Positions 37,125 to 46,749 of a stretch of 64,000 nucleotides of DNA are shown in pieces. Where the stretch lies: the NCBI GenBank assembly GCA_965199755.1, contig CBDASZ010000001.1, positions 673,509-737,508 of the forward strand. The letters are read 5' to 3'. Within the stretch, counting starts at the first letter, position 1; every line of letters starts with the position of its first letter. Both the position numbers and the translations under genes were made by a program. This stretch comes from an uncultured candidatus Porisulfidus sp. Lineage in GTDB: Bacteria; Pseudomonadota; Gammaproteobacteria; Poriferisulfidales; Poriferisulfidaceae. The notes below the pieces were generated by a model. The model was not told the origin of the DNA, ran no database searches, and worked only from the letters and a program-made list of their open reading frames with translations.

Positions 37125-39962
37125 TTACAAATCTTTACGGCAAATACCTTTTGCGAAGCAACGCTGGCAAGTTGTGGTGTCTCCATTCGCCGGCATGGCC
37201 TCTCCATTATGCAAGTCCGCATAGAGACAGGTTAGACGCTCGCGAACCTGCTGCGCAATATCCTGCAGATCTTCACCGGCTTGAAAGGTGAGTCTTTTGT
37301 TCTGTTCCGCCTGACCCAGCCACCAGTATTCGGCCTTATCTGCCTCCGGCAACAGCAGGGCGTAGGTACTCAACTGGACTTTTTCGCCATTTTGAATCTG
37401 TGTCTTTGAGATGATTGAACTCCCTGTTTTGTAGTCAATCACCACTGAGCCGTTTTCTTCGCGATCCAAACGATCGAGTCGGCCACAAAGTTTCAGTTGT
37501 TCGTCAAGCGAAATAGACTTCCCAATCTCATTTGCTTCGATGTGCCGCTCTGCGACCCGCTCTTGCAAGTCCAGATAGCGCTCGATGAACACGTCCCACT
37601 GTGCCAAGTAAGCCCGGTAGGCATGTCGCGCCGCATGTGTCTGCTGGAGGATATGTGCGCCAATGTCGTGTAGCAGCCTTGTTGCTTCTTCCCGCCGCTC
37701 GCCTATGGGGCCGACCCATGGTGTGTCGGGGAGATCATCATCCCCGCTGTTGAAAATCTCCAGACATTTATGCACGAATAAGCCCATCTCGCTGGATTCC
37801 ATTGTTTCGTGCACTGTCGGTTGCTCCCGTAAGCCCAGCATGCGAGAGATAAAGAATTGGTACGGGCAATCAATGAGTGACTGATGCCCGGAGGCGGAGA
37901 TTTCGGCAGGCAGCAACTCAGGCTCTGAGGGATCGGATACTGAAGTTGAGGCGTCTTCCTTCGGTTGCGCCAGACTCGACAGCAGCGACAGATGCGCGAG
38001 TGCTTGATCGTGCAGTGACGATTCCTGACCATGGACCAGATGGTGAAATGTGCTGAGTTGAGACCACCAGGGGCTCGGATGATAATCCTGCTCCTGATCT
38101 TTCTTCTGGTAGATAAGCAGGGCTTCTCGAGACTGAATCAGCAGTGAGACAAATCGCTGCAGGCGAAGTTTCTGATTATCCGCACGCTGTCGCAGACCCA
38201 GATTGGCTCGGACGGTGTCGTTGAAGACAGTCGCATTGCTGATATTTCCGGGGTAGTGCCGGGAATCCATGCCTGCCACGATGAGGTAATCAAACTCGAC
38301 CAGATGGGCTTGTTCCAGAGAGATCAGAATGACCTCGCTGTTGTGCGCAAGAAATTCATGGTTTTCTTTCTCCAGTCGAGTCCGCAGAATAGTGCGCCAG
38401 TCTCGCGCAGACAAGGTCTCATCACGGTTTTGCAAGTCAAAACGAATCTCTCCCAGATGGTGCAGGATGTCCGCACCCACCTCATCGGCCCTGAGCGGTT
38501 CTTCACAACCCAGCAGTTTCAGGCTTTCGAGAAGACCGCCAAAATATTGTTCGGCAGTGATGGGTTTGTGTATCTGCATCGGTTTTGCAGCCTGTTCAAC
38601 CCAGTCGAGAAGTTGCTCCAGTTCAGGTTGAGGCTCATCAGGGTTGCTTTTTAGAGTCGCGCGATACTGCTCCAGCGACTGGAAGGTGTTTTTCTTGCGC
38701 AGATACTGTTCCAGACGTGTGATCAGTGTTTCTCTGCTTTCGGCTTCAGGATCATCTGTACCCGGCAGCGTCACAAATGGAGACTTCAGAACACTTAGTA
38801 AGAGCAGATAGTGAAAGTCCTCCTCGACACAGTCGAGCCAATGGTGAATCAGGCTGGCGGCACTGGTGGTGGACAAACCCCAGCCGAAAGTGTCGCTCAT
38901 ATCGATGCTTGATCGTACGAGCAGGGCATGAACACGGCGTGCCAGCCTACGGTCATCTGTCACTAGGCCGATCTTCTTGGCTCCCTGACGCAGCCATTTG
39001 CGGATTTGCAGTTCGATGGCCGCGGCGTGCGGCTCGGACTCTTCCGCAACTAACAGGTTCAGGCTGCCCGATAGTTCTGATTCGGGAATGTGCTCCCGAC
39101 AGGCCAGTGCTCGATCTCGAATAGACGGCTCCGGGCCTGCGAAGGCTTGCGTGATAAATGTGGCACGGGGGGATAGAGGGTTATCTGTGTGCAGCTGTTC
39201 GCCAGAACAGGGGATCAAGTGCTGTGCTAGTGTTAACAAGGTGACAGGGATGTGCTGGCTGACTTGCTCCAGCGCCAGAATTTCGGCGTTATGCAAATAT
39301 TCGTGGCCGCAGAGGTACACGGCGGGTGCTTCAGGCAGGTTATCGGGAAGACGACGCAGGGCTTCGCGGTACGCTTTTCCGAGACTAACGATGTTGCTGG
39401 AACTGTGATCCCAGGCTTGCCACAGCAAGTGAACGATACCGGCTTCCGTCTCCAGATGAAATGGCGCGGAACCGGGGGTGGCGGCTTCCTCTTGCGCGGA
39501 CAGTTCGTAGTTTTCGCGAAGTTGCTGTGTGAATTCCTGCTGATCTGAGGGCAGGGTAGTGTCGTTGAGCCAAAGTTCGTCAAACAGAGAGAGCATTTCG
39601 TGTGCGACTGCCCACGGGTTGGCATCGTTCAAGTGAGCGAAAGTGTCTGATTTTTGATCTTTCAGTGTGAGCACCAGGTCCAGTGCTTCCGACAACTCGT
39701 TGGTAGTCAGATCCGGGGTGTGTTGCTCAAGCGCCCAGATGCGCAGTGTGGTGATCTGGGGAAGGATGTATGCCGTATGGCCAAGGTCGCGCACACGCCG
39801 AGTCAGGGCATTTTGGATGGCGCGTTTGGTGATATGGTCCGGGCTTGAGGCCAGGATGATCAGAGAACTCAAATCCGGCAGCAAATCCTGGTGCTGCTCC
39901 AGTACTTCTGTGATGCACGCATTCAGCAGCGACGCATGTGCGGGGCATTCGAGCAGGCGCAT
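37125..39962 (-). CDS. AddB-like PD-(D/E)XK nuclease-family protein with a C-terminal Fe-S cysteine cluster, 945 aa
   Basis: C-terminal RecB-type nuclease motifs (GRLDRLDRE, VVIDYKTG, QLSTYALLL) and CQRCFAKGIC (CxxCx5C, as in the AddB iron staple); no Walker A seen in the N-terminal two thirds. Confidence 0.7.
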   Translation of the reverse strand: MRLLECPAHASLLNACITEVLEQHQDLLPDLSSLIILASSPDHITKRAIQNALTRRVRDLGHTAYILPQITTLRIWALEQHTPDLTTNELSEALDLVLTLKDQKSDTFAHLNDANPWAVAHEMLSLFDELWLNDTTLPSDQQEFTQQLRENYELSAQEEAATPGSAPFHLETEAGIVHLLWQAWDHSSSNIVSLGKAYREALRRLPDNLPEAPAVYLCGHEYLHNAEILALEQVSQHIPVTLLTLAQHLIPCSGEQLHTDNPLSPRATFITQAFAGPEPSIRDRALACREHIPESELSGSLNLLVAEESEPHAAAIELQIRKWLRQGAKKIGLVTDDRRLARRVHALLVRSSIDMSDTFGWGLSTTSAASLIHHWLDCVEEDFHYLLLLSVLKSPFVTLPGTDDPEAESRETLITRLEQYLRKKNTFQSLEQYRATLKSNPDEPQPELEQLLDWVEQAAKPMQIHKPITAEQYFGGLLESLKLLGCEEPLRADEVGADILHHLGEIRFDLQNRDETLSARDWRTILRTRLEKENHEFLAHNSEVILISLEQAHLVEFDYLIVAGMDSRHYPGNISNATVFNDTVRANLGLRQRADNQKLRLQRFVSLLIQSREALLIYQKKDQEQDYHPSPWWSQLSTFHHLVHGQESSLHDQALAHLSLLSSLAQPKEDASTSVSDPSEPELLPAEISASGHQSLIDCPYQFFISRMLGLREQPTVHETMESSEMGLFVHKCLEIFNSGDDDLPDTPWVGPIGERREEATRLLHDIGAHILQQTHAARHAYRAYLAQWDVFIERYLDLQERVAERHIEANEIGKSISLDEQLKLCGRLDRLDREENGSVVIDYKTGSSIISKTQIQNGEKVQLSTYALLLPEADKAEYWWLGQAEQNKRLTFQAGEDLQDIAQQVRERLTCLYADLHNGEAMPANGDTTTCQRCFAKGICRKDL

Positions 39963-40285
39963 CAGGTTTCCAGCAGTTCGCGTTTATCCGCGGTGTCGCG
40001 CCATTCGTCGGCGTCAGGCGGCGGGTCTTTGCGGTAGTTGATAATCGGCCAGTCACGCGAAAGATCCTCGTTCAACTGGAGAAAGTCTTGTTGGTCGGGA
40101 GGGAGTTTATGATCCGGGACAATGGCGTCGATCGGGCATTCAGGCACACACAAAGCACAGTCGATGCACTCATCTGGATTGATAACCAGGAAATTGGGGC
40201 CTTCATGGAAGCACTCTACCGGACACACTTCCACGCAGTCGGTGTACTTGCACTTGATGCAGGCTTCAATGACAACGAAGGTCAT
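39962..40285 (-). CDS. fdxA: 7Fe ferredoxin (FdxA type)
   Basis: [29 protein letters not shown]...[12 protein letters not shown]; 107 aa; stop overlaps the start of the downstream nuclease gene (ATGA). Confidence 0.88.
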   Translation of the reverse strand: MTFVVIEACIKCKYTDCVEVCPVECFHEGPNFLVINPDECIDCALCVPECPIDAIVPDHKLPPDQQDFLQLNEDLSRDWPIINYRKDPPPDADEWRDTADKRELLET

Positions 40286-40361
40286 GGGGAAGCTTCAGGT
40301 AAAATCAGGTCGGTCTTGTGTTTCAGGCAATTATATACGGGGCACTTGATTGGCAATGGGA

Positions 40362-40751
40362 TCAGTAGTCAGCGTATGACTTCTCTTCGACAATCGTGGA
40401 GCCGAGCCCTTCGTTAATCTGCTTTTTGACAGCAGCGCGTTGGTCGTTTTGCACGTAAACAGACCGGGCAAGATCAATAAATTCCTGATCGAACTCCTTT
40501 TTTGATTCCTTGATTCGGATATTGTCTTCAATATCCCAAAGCGTCTGGTTGATTTGCTTGAGTTGCTCCTTGAGCGGTGCGACAGCCGCATGGTCTGTGG
40601 GGGAATCCGACCATACCTGGGTAAGCAGTTTCAGCTCGATATTCACATGCTCCAGCTTTTGGGCATCCGTTATCTGTTCTGCCTTAATTTCAAGAATGGT
40701 GATCTTGTCCAGCAGTTCTCCCGGAGCCACAGGCACGTGAATCTGTTCCAT
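40362..40751 (-). CDS. Hypothetical protein, 129 aa, acidic and Lys/Glu-rich
   Basis: ORF only; no recognisable motif; sits between fdxA and the heptosyltransferase gene in the same orientation. Confidence 0.45.
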   Translation of the reverse strand: MEQIHVPVAPGELLDKITILEIKAEQITDAQKLEHVNIELKLLTQVWSDSPTDHAAVAPLKEQLKQINQTLWDIEDNIRIKESKKEFDQEFIDLARSVYVQNDQRAAVKKQINEGLGSTIVEEKSYADY

Positions 40752-40766
40752 AATTGAGTTTTCAGG

Positions 40767-41810
40767 TCAGTTACTGGCTTGGGCGAGTTCGTCTAGTTTC
40801 AGAGTCACATCATTGACTTCAATCAGATCCATAACGCCTTCATACTCCAGTTTCGTGCCCCATTTTAATTGATTGCCGGGCTTGTTCTTGAAAGCTCGCG
40901 CGGCTTCATCGTATTTATCGACACACCATTGCCGACTGAAATAGGGGCCGCTACGCTGTGGATTGCTTGCGGCATACAGACCGATCACAGGCGTGTCCAC
41001 ACCGGCACCCAGATGTGCCGGGCCTGAATCAGGCGAGATGAGAACGTCCGCACCCTGCAGCAAGGCCAGAAACTTTTTGAGAGTGTCTTTGCCGATCAGG
41101 TTCAACGCAGTTGATTGCATGTGTTTCTCAATTTCTTCGCCCATTTGCTGTTCCATTTCCGAGGGCCCGCCACACAAGATCACTTGGGCATCCAGTGTCT
41201 GGACGGCATGATCCGCAACAGCAGCATAGCGCTGAGCGTTCCAGTTGCGCAGCGGATGACTGGAGCAGGGGCTAATAAGGACATTGAGGCGGTTCTGAGC
41301 CAAGTGTGTGCTTGCAAATTCACGGGATTCATCAGGGATGATGTAATCCCAGCGCATTTCGCGCTTGTCCAAGCCAAAGTACCCGATAAAACTGAAGAAA
41401 CTGTCCAGCACGTGCTGGTTTGTAATCGGCTGGATGTGATTACGAATAAACAGGGAATGCAAGTCTTTGGCTCGCGCTGGGTCGTAACCGAGTTTGAAGT
41501 GAGCGCGTATCAGCGTACTGAGCAGATTGGCTCGCATGGAGACTTGAGGACACAGCAGAATCTCAAACTTTCGATGACGCAATGCTCGGATGATGGCCGG
41601 ATACCCTCCCCAAGCCTCATTCTTGTCGAGTTCTATGAACTCAATGTCGGGAATATCGCGTACGAGTTGTGCTTCACTTTTGCCGATGACCCAGGTGAGT
41701 TTTGTGTCTGGCCAGAATGTTTGCATCGTGCGCACGACCGGCACGATATGAGCGACATCTCCGATCGCGGACAGTCGCAAGAGGCAAACAGATTTGGGTG
41801 GATGGTTCAT
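40767..41810 (-). CDS. Glycosyltransferase family 9 (ADP-heptose:LPS heptosyltransferase-like)
   Basis: N-terminal LLRLSAIGDVAHIVPVVRTM and C-terminal ISPDSGPAHLGAGVDTPVIGLY motifs typical of RfaF/WaaC-type enzymes. Confidence 0.8.
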   Translation of the reverse strand: MNHPPKSVCLLRLSAIGDVAHIVPVVRTMQTFWPDTKLTWVIGKSEAQLVRDIPDIEFIELDKNEAWGGYPAIIRALRHRKFEILLCPQVSMRANLLSTLIRAHFKLGYDPARAKDLHSLFIRNHIQPITNQHVLDSFFSFIGYFGLDKREMRWDYIIPDESREFASTHLAQNRLNVLISPCSSHPLRNWNAQRYAAVADHAVQTLDAQVILCGGPSEMEQQMGEEIEKHMQSTALNLIGKDTLKKFLALLQGADVLISPDSGPAHLGAGVDTPVIGLYAASNPQRSGPYFSRQWCVDKYDEAARAFKNKPGNQLKWGTKLEYEGVMDLIEVNDVTLKLDELAQASN

Positions 41811-41847
41811 GACTTCACTGCATCCGGGAGAATGGAAGAGTGCGGGG

Positions 41848-42206
41848 TGGTGGAGGTGGCGGGAATCGAACCCGCGTCCGTCAGTTCTTCCTCTTCGGCC
41901 CTACATGCTTAGCACCGTCTCTGCTCTCGCTGTGATCACCCGACGGACAGGGAGCCGATCACAGCCAGCCCGGAGGTTATAGATTTAGCCGTGCAGTTCC
42001 GGACAGACTGGTTGGCGAGCTTGTGTAAGCGACATCCAATCAGGTCCCACAAGCATTTCCCGAAAGGATGGCTAGCTTAGCTTATGCAGCTAGCGCGTAG
42101 TTGTCGTCGTTGGCAACTATAAGGTTACAACCGGGATTTACGAGACCGTTGTCGCCTCGGCATGCGCCTTGGATTTAGTAACCGACGTCGAAGCCGAGTC
42201 ACCCCC
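41848..42206 (-). ncRNA. ssrA: tmRNA (SsrA)
   Basis: On the minus strand: 5-prime GGGGGUGACUCGGCUUCGACG, internal tag reading frame GCC AAC GAC GAC AAC TAC GCG CTA GCT GCA TAA = ANDDNYALAA*, 3-prime tRNA-like end GGGUUCGAUUCCCGCCACCUCCACCA. Confidence 0.88.
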
Positions 42207-42481
42207 AAAGAACAAGGCCATTATACAGGCATCCAAATTGGGGCAGGTCGAGTGAGTCTGCTCAACTTGCCCATGCATCTGAATTGCAGGCTGACATTTC
42301 AGGAGTCTAGTAGTGGATTAACTAGGCCAGCGGCAAATGGATGTCGAGACATTCTTACACAGATGCGGCATGACGGCAACCATCAATCTTGCATTACACA
42401 GGATGAGCATGAAACAGGTGTGCGCAGGAGAGTTATACGTGCCTGTTAAAATGGATCCCGGACACCGTTTTGGCCATCTTC

Positions 42482-45400
42482 ATGCCCGTCCAATCTATTC
42501 CAGGGGGTCATGCCTTATCTGATAATGCATGGGGCAGACTCAATGACCGCCTGCGTGCCTGTGGTGAGATTGGCCTTCTGTCAGCGCGCTTTTATCACTT
42601 CCTTGACACAGCAGGCCCTCTTACGCCAGAGGAGGAGTCACAGCTCGCGCAACTTTTGAACTACGTGCCGGAATATCAGGATACTGGAGCATCAGGTATT
42701 TCGGTCTGGGTCGTTCCCAGACTTGGGACGATTTCTCCGTGGTCCAGTAAAGCCACCGAAATCATCCGTGCTTGTGGGCTCAAGAATATTCAAAGGATAG
42801 AGCGAGGTGTGGAATACCGCCTTGACGCATCAGCAGCACCCTCTGATGAAGCATTGGCGTTGCTGCATGACCGTATGACGCAATCTGTGCTCGACACACC
42901 TGAGCATGTGGCGCAGTTGTTTGAACATCCTGATCCCGCACCGTTGCAGCATATCCGACTCGGCACCAATCCCATCGAAGCTTTGCGTCAGGCAAACACG
43001 AACTTCGGATTGGCGCTTTCAGAAGCGGATATGGAATATCTGACCCAGGCATACAGCGAACTTGGGCGTGATCCGACTGACACGGAATTGATGATGTTCG
43101 CGCAAGTGAACTCCGAGCACTGCCGACACAAGATTTTCAACGCGCAGTGGACGATTGACGGGCGGCCGATGGATCACAGCCTGTTTTCCATGATCCGCAA
43201 TACACACAAGATGTCCCCGGAAGGTGTCTTGTCTGCGTATTCGGATAATGCGGCGGTACTGGAAGGGGGTTCGCGACAGCACTTACGGGTTGATCCGAAG
43301 AAACATTCGTGGCAAGCCCAAGAAGGCCGCTACGGGTTAGTCATCAAAGTCGAAACACACAATCATCCGACCGGAATTTCTCCATTTCCCGGAGCTGCGA
43401 CAGGAAGCGGGGGAGAGATACGTGATGAGACAGCCTGCGGTCGCGGAGGGCACCCGAAGGCAGGTCTGTGTGGCTTCGCTGTTTCGAATCTAAATATCGA
43501 AGATTGGCTGCATCCGTGGGAAGATGCGTCACGTTCGCATCCGCCGCGCATGGCGACACCACTGGAGATCATGATTGAAGGGCCAGTTGGTGCGGCTTCT
43601 TTCAACAACGAATTTGGACGACCTTGTGTGAGCGGCTTCTTCCGAACACTGGAGTTGACACTGCAGACTGGCGAGCAGACCAAAACCTACGGCTATCACA
43701 AACCCATCATGCTGGCCGGTGGGATTGGCAGTATTGATGAAGCGCATATTCATAAACAATCAATCCCGGAAGGCACCCCCATCGTGGTGCTTGGCGGTCC
43801 AGCCATGCTGATCGGGCTCGGTGGAGGCGCGGCTTCGTCTCAGCATACGGGAGCAAGCGATGAGGGGTTGGATTACGCATCGGTGCAGCGTAGCAATCCT
43901 GAAATGCAGCGGCGTGCCCAAGAAGTCATCGAGCAATGCGTGAGTTGTGGCGCGGACAATCCGATTCTCTCCATCCATGACGTGGGCGCGGGTGGACTAT
44001 CCAATGCAATCCCGGAGTTGGTGGATGGTACGCCGGGTGGCGCGACGTTAGAGTTGCGGGACATTCCTTGCGCTGACAGCGGAATGTCACCTCGCGAGAT
44101 TTGGTGCAACGAGGCCCAGGAGCGTTATGTCATTGCCTTGCGCAAAGAATCTCTCGATGAATTTGCAGAATTATGTCGCCGAGAGCGCAGTCCGTTTGCT
44201 GTTGTGGGCTATGCGACAGATGACGGACGATTGCAGTTGGGTGACGCGCGGCTTGGCAAGGCCCCGGTAGACGTGCCCATGCCATTACTTTTTGGCGAGT
44301 CTTCACAGATGAGTCTGGAGGTCGCGAGTCAATCGCGTGAAAATCGAGAGGTCAGCATTGATGACATTGAATTAGGTGAGGCGGTTAGCCGAGTACTAAC
44401 TATGCCAAGCGTTGCATCCAAGTCTTTTCTGATCACGATAGGTGATCGCTCGGTGGGCGGGTTGACCGTGCAGGACCAGATGGTGGGGCCGAGGCAGATT
44501 CCAGTAGCAGACGCGGCGATTACGGCTGCGGATTTTGAAGGGTATGCAGGTGAGGCGATGGCGGTAGGGGAGCGTCTCTCTTTAGCTCCCTATAATCCTG
44601 CCGCTTCAGCACGAATGGCGGTTGCAGAAAGTCTGACTAATCTGGCGGGTGTGCGCATTCGCGACCGAAGCAAAATTTGTCTGTCGGCCAACTGGATGGC
44701 AGCAAGTTCTGATCCCGCTTCTCTTCATGGCTTGTATGAGGCCGTTGAAGCAGTGGGCATGCAGTTGTGCCCGGAATTGGGGATCTCGATTCCTGTAGGC
44801 AAGGACTCCCTGTCCATGCGGGCCTCGTGGGATGGTCACGAAGTAATGGCACCAGTGTCGCTAGTTGTTTCTGCTTTCGCACCAGTGGATGATGTACGCA
44901 TTCATGCAACTCCGAAACTTAGCCCTGTTGAATCAGCAATCCTTCTGATTAGTTTGAATTCCCGCAGGCGTATGGGAGGGTCAGCATTGGCGCAGGCATA
45001 TAACTTGAACTGTGCGGATGTCCCGGACGTTGATGATGCAAAAGAACTGGCGGCATTCTTTGACCTGATGCAGGAGCTGTTGGATGCTGAATTAATTGAG
45101 GCATATCACGATCGTTCTGACGGAGGCTTGTTCGCGTGTTTGTGTGAGTGCGCCTTCACTATTCGCGGATCGCTTAATTGCACTCTTCCTGTTAGCGGAG
45201 GAACAGAAATTCTGGAATATCTGTTCAATGAAGAAGTGGGTGCTGTCGTACAGGTAGACTTGGATTTAGCGAGTGAAGTGCGCAAGCGAGTTGAAGAAGC
45301 AGGGCTAGTGTGTAGTACAGCAGGACATGTGTCGGGAAAAGAAGGAAGGATATCAATGTTAAGGATTCTGGATGAGGACGGAGATTTAGTTGACAAATGG

Positions 45401-46414
45401 AAGATGAGTGACTTGTATGGCTTATGGATTGAAACCAGCCATAAAATCGCTCGCCTTCGCGACAATAAGCACTGTGCGGATAGTGAGTATGAAGGTGCCG
45501 TAAAGCAATTTCAGAAGGATCAGGGGGGCCAGACAGGGCTTCAGTGGCGACCGAGTTTTGAACCGGATGATGTGAATGCGGCCGCTATTAATGTAGGCAA
45601 TCGTCCAGTGATGGCAATTCTGCGAGAGCAGGGTGTCAACGGCCATGTGGAAATGGCCGCCGCATTCACACGTGCGGGCTTCGAGTGCAGGGATATTCAC
45701 ATGAGTACGTTGCAAGAAAACCCGCACTTGTTGCGTGAAATGTCAGGTTTTGCGGCGTGCGGAGGATTCTCATACGGAGATGTGCTTGGAGCCGGCGGCG
45801 GGTGGGCTAAAAATATATTGCATAACAATAAATTAAGAGAATTATTTGAGGAGTTTTTTGTGCGCCCGGAGGTCTTTGCGCTAGGGGTATGTAACGGCTG
45901 TCAGATGATGTCGCAGTTGAAGGAGATTATTCCAGGGGCAGAACACTGGCCTCGATTTGTTCGCAACCTCAGCGAGCAGTTTGAATCACGCCTTTGCCAA
46001 GTCGAAATCCTGCCTTCTTCCTCTATTTTGTTGCAAGGTATGGAAGGGAGCAGCCTACCGATCGTTGTGGCGCACGGTGAGGGCAGAATTGATTCCGAGT
46101 ATTACTCAGAAGAATTAGAGGAGATTGCTTGTATGCGCTATGTTCCTTCTGCAGGAGCGCTTTCTTCTGATGTGGATGGTGAGGGCGATCCTGCGAATCC
46201 GCTCTGGACCTATCCGTGGAATCCAAATGGCTCCACGAAGGGATTGACGGCTTTGACGAATGCGGATGGGCGCTTCACGATTATGATGCCGCACCCGGAG
46301 CGAGTTTTCCGCATGATTCAGAATCGCCAGCATTCAGATAAGGTGCGATGGCACGATCAAGATAGCAGCCCGTGGATGAAGTTGTTTCAGAATGCACGGC
46401 GGTGGCTGGATTAA
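42482..46414 (+). CDS. purL: Phosphoribosylformylglycinamidine synthase (large single-chain form)
   Basis: 1310 aa; N-terminus aligns with E. coli PurL (PRLGTISPWSSKATEI); C-terminal glutaminase domain with GVCNGCQM. Confidence 0.95.
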   Translation: MPVQSIPGGHALSDNAWGRLNDRLRACGEIGLLSARFYHFLDTAGPLTPEEESQLAQLLNYVPEYQDTGASGISVWVVPRLGTISPWSSKATEIIRACGLKNIQRIERGVEYRLDASAAPSDEALALLHDRMTQSVLDTPEHVAQLFEHPDPAPLQHIRLGTNPIEALRQANTNFGLALSEADMEYLTQAYSELGRDPTDTELMMFAQVNSEHCRHKIFNAQWTIDGRPMDHSLFSMIRNTHKMSPEGVLSAYSDNAAVLEGGSRQHLRVDPKKHSWQAQEGRYGLVIKVETHNHPTGISPFPGAATGSGGEIRDETACGRGGHPKAGLCGFAVSNLNIEDWLHPWEDASRSHPPRMATPLEIMIEGPVGAASFNNEFGRPCVSGFFRTLELTLQTGEQTKTYGYHKPIMLAGGIGSIDEAHIHKQSIPEGTPIVVLGGPAMLIGLGGGAASSQHTGASDEGLDYASVQRSNPEMQRRAQEVIEQCVSCGADNPILSIHDVGAGGLSNAIPELVDGTPGGATLELRDIPCADSGMSPREIWCNEAQERYVIALRKESLDEFAELCRRERSPFAVVGYATDDGRLQLGDARLGKAPVDVPMPLLFGESSQMSLEVASQSRENREVSIDDIELGEAVSRVLTMPSVASKSFLITIGDRSVGGLTVQDQMVGPRQIPVADAAITAADFEGYAGEAMAVGERLSLAPYNPAASARMAVAESLTNLAGVRIRDRSKICLSANWMAASSDPASLHGLYEAVEAVGMQLCPELGISIPVGKDSLSMRASWDGHEVMAPVSLVVSAFAPVDDVRIHATPKLSPVESAILLISLNSRRRMGGSALAQAYNLNCADVPDVDDAKELAAFFDLMQELLDAELIEAYHDRSDGGLFACLCECAFTIRGSLNCTLPVSGGTEILEYLFNEEVGAVVQVDLDLASEVRKRVEEAGLVCSTAGHVSGKEGRISMLRILDEDGDLVDKWKMSDLYGLWIETSHKIARLRDNKHCADSEYEGAVKQFQKDQGGQTGLQWRPSFEPDDVNAAAINVGNRPVMAILREQGVNGHVEMAAAFTRAGFECRDIHMSTLQENPHLLREMSGFAACGGFSYGDVLGAGGGWAKNILHNNKLRELFEEFFVRPEVFALGVCNGCQMMSQLKEIIPGAEHWPRFVRNLSEQFESRLCQVEILPSSSILLQGMEGSSLPIVVAHGEGRIDSEYYSEELEEIACMRYVPSAGALSSDVDGEGDPANPLWTYPWNPNGSTKGLTALTNADGRFTIMMPHPERVFRMIQNRQHSDKVRWHDQDSSPWMKLFQNARRWLD

Positions 46415-46749
46415 GTTTGACAAGGCGGCAGCAGGGGAGACAAGTTTATCGCGGGAACATATTTCAAACTCTATGAGAAATTAAGAGATCGAGGAATCCT
46501 GAAGCAGAGTAGGTATGGGGAACACCTTGTTTTCACTCGAGACTATTCCTTCAATAGTCAGAGCGCTGCCACTTCTGTTATCTACGGAAGACAATCTGCT
46601 GGGCCGCTCCACTGGAAGGTAAAAAATAAGGATATGACATTTAGAGAGTGGGAGGAAGAGCAATTCGAAGGTGCGAGCAAAAACCCAGCGCATAATTGAT
46701 CAAAGATATGCCAGATGTTGCAGCATACGGCTTGCTAATTTTTAGACTC

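Noticed and set aside
36900-37300. Direct repeat of the tmRNA 3-prime terminus that would mark the far end of an ssrA-integrated island
   Set aside because: By eye I found no copy of TGGTGGAGGTGGCGGGAATCGAACC or its complement near the udg/AddB-like boundary, and no integrase is present. The island idea stays as a finding, but this repeat evidence is absent.
46481-46693. 70-aa minus-strand ORF and 36-aa plus-strand ORF inside the purL/hdrB spacer
   Set aside because: They are composition-driven ORFs in an AT-rich segment with no ribosome-binding site, and they overlap each other.
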